Shown here: positions 63,416-64,000 of the stretch, in pieces
Numbering within the stretch: the stretch's first letter is position 1
Layout: every line of letters starts with the position of its first letter
Source of the DNA: Octopus bimaculoides
Lineage: Eukaryota
Direction: 5' to 3'
Assembly (NCBI RefSeq): GCF_001194135.2
Contig: NC_068981.1
Span: 172,214,507-172,278,506 of the forward strand
DNA length: 64,000 bases
Position numbers and translations under genes: made by a program
Notes under the pieces: generated by a model
Databases searched by the model: none
Seen by the model: the letters and a program-made list of their open reading frames with translations, nothing else
What the model was told of the DNA's origin: nothing

Positions 63416-64000
63416 TTTTAAAAAAAGCCAGTGAGTCATTTGCTAACAAAGTTTCAGTTTCCTGGCTTGTAATTTAAGCATGTTAATCAATACAGAAAAA
63501 ACGTTTGGAATTATCTAAGAGATTTTTAATCATTCAACTAACAGAAAATTATTACTTTCACTGATTTTCAATTGTCACCTAGTTTGCTTTTTACTTTATT
63601 CTCAGGTTGTGCAAGTTATTATTTCCCGATACTCTATATATTTTATAATGTTATCTTAGTCTTATTTGAATTGAGCTTAACAGGTTCAACTTCACATTTA
63701 CTTGTTCAACCTAGGTGTGGTTGATTTATTAAAGTAGTGGACTATTGGGCGATAAAACATTTATTTAACCATAAATACTCCCACTTTCTCTTTGACAATA
63801 CGCCCACATTTATTTAGTCACGATATTCCCACCTATTCTTAGGCACAATTCTCTGTTTGTTAGTCATTTGTACTTGTGAGTTGTCAGTATTAGAAAAGGA
63901 TTCATAGAAAAATTTATACCAGTGAATTATACCAGTCTTAAGAAAGCATAATTGTATATACAGTATATTGAAGAAGTAGTTAAACCTACTCTGATGCATT

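Overview
AT-rich, repeat-saturated eukaryotic draft-assembly DNA with 11 N-gaps. The SINE families, microsatellite load and LINE types are most consistent with an octopod cephalopod (inference from recognised repeat families, not from a search). No host protein-coding exon, rRNA, tRNA or CRISPR array could be supported, and nearly all ORF-track entries are microsatellite artefacts. Recognisable content: four SINE-like families (labelled A-D here; A, B and D have tRNA-type heads); decayed LINE fragments (RTE x2, R4/Dong-like and a second RLE-type, L1/Tx1, CR1/Jockey-group); a decayed Penelope-like (PLE) RT-thumb/GIY-YIG ORF; mariner and pogo/Tigger remnants; two TTAA-flanked piggyBac-type MITEs; and several foldback structures. 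The most notable signal is a set of hammerhead-ribozyme motifs in short microsatellite-embedded elements. One is a near-complete type I hammerhead at 11244-11331 (minus strand) inside a perfect 96-bp inverted repeat, and a second is at 18167-18239. A visible shift from CpG-retaining DNA (left) to CpG-decayed DNA (right) at about 34-37 kb suggests the right half is the methylated body of a gene whose exons are not recognisable here.
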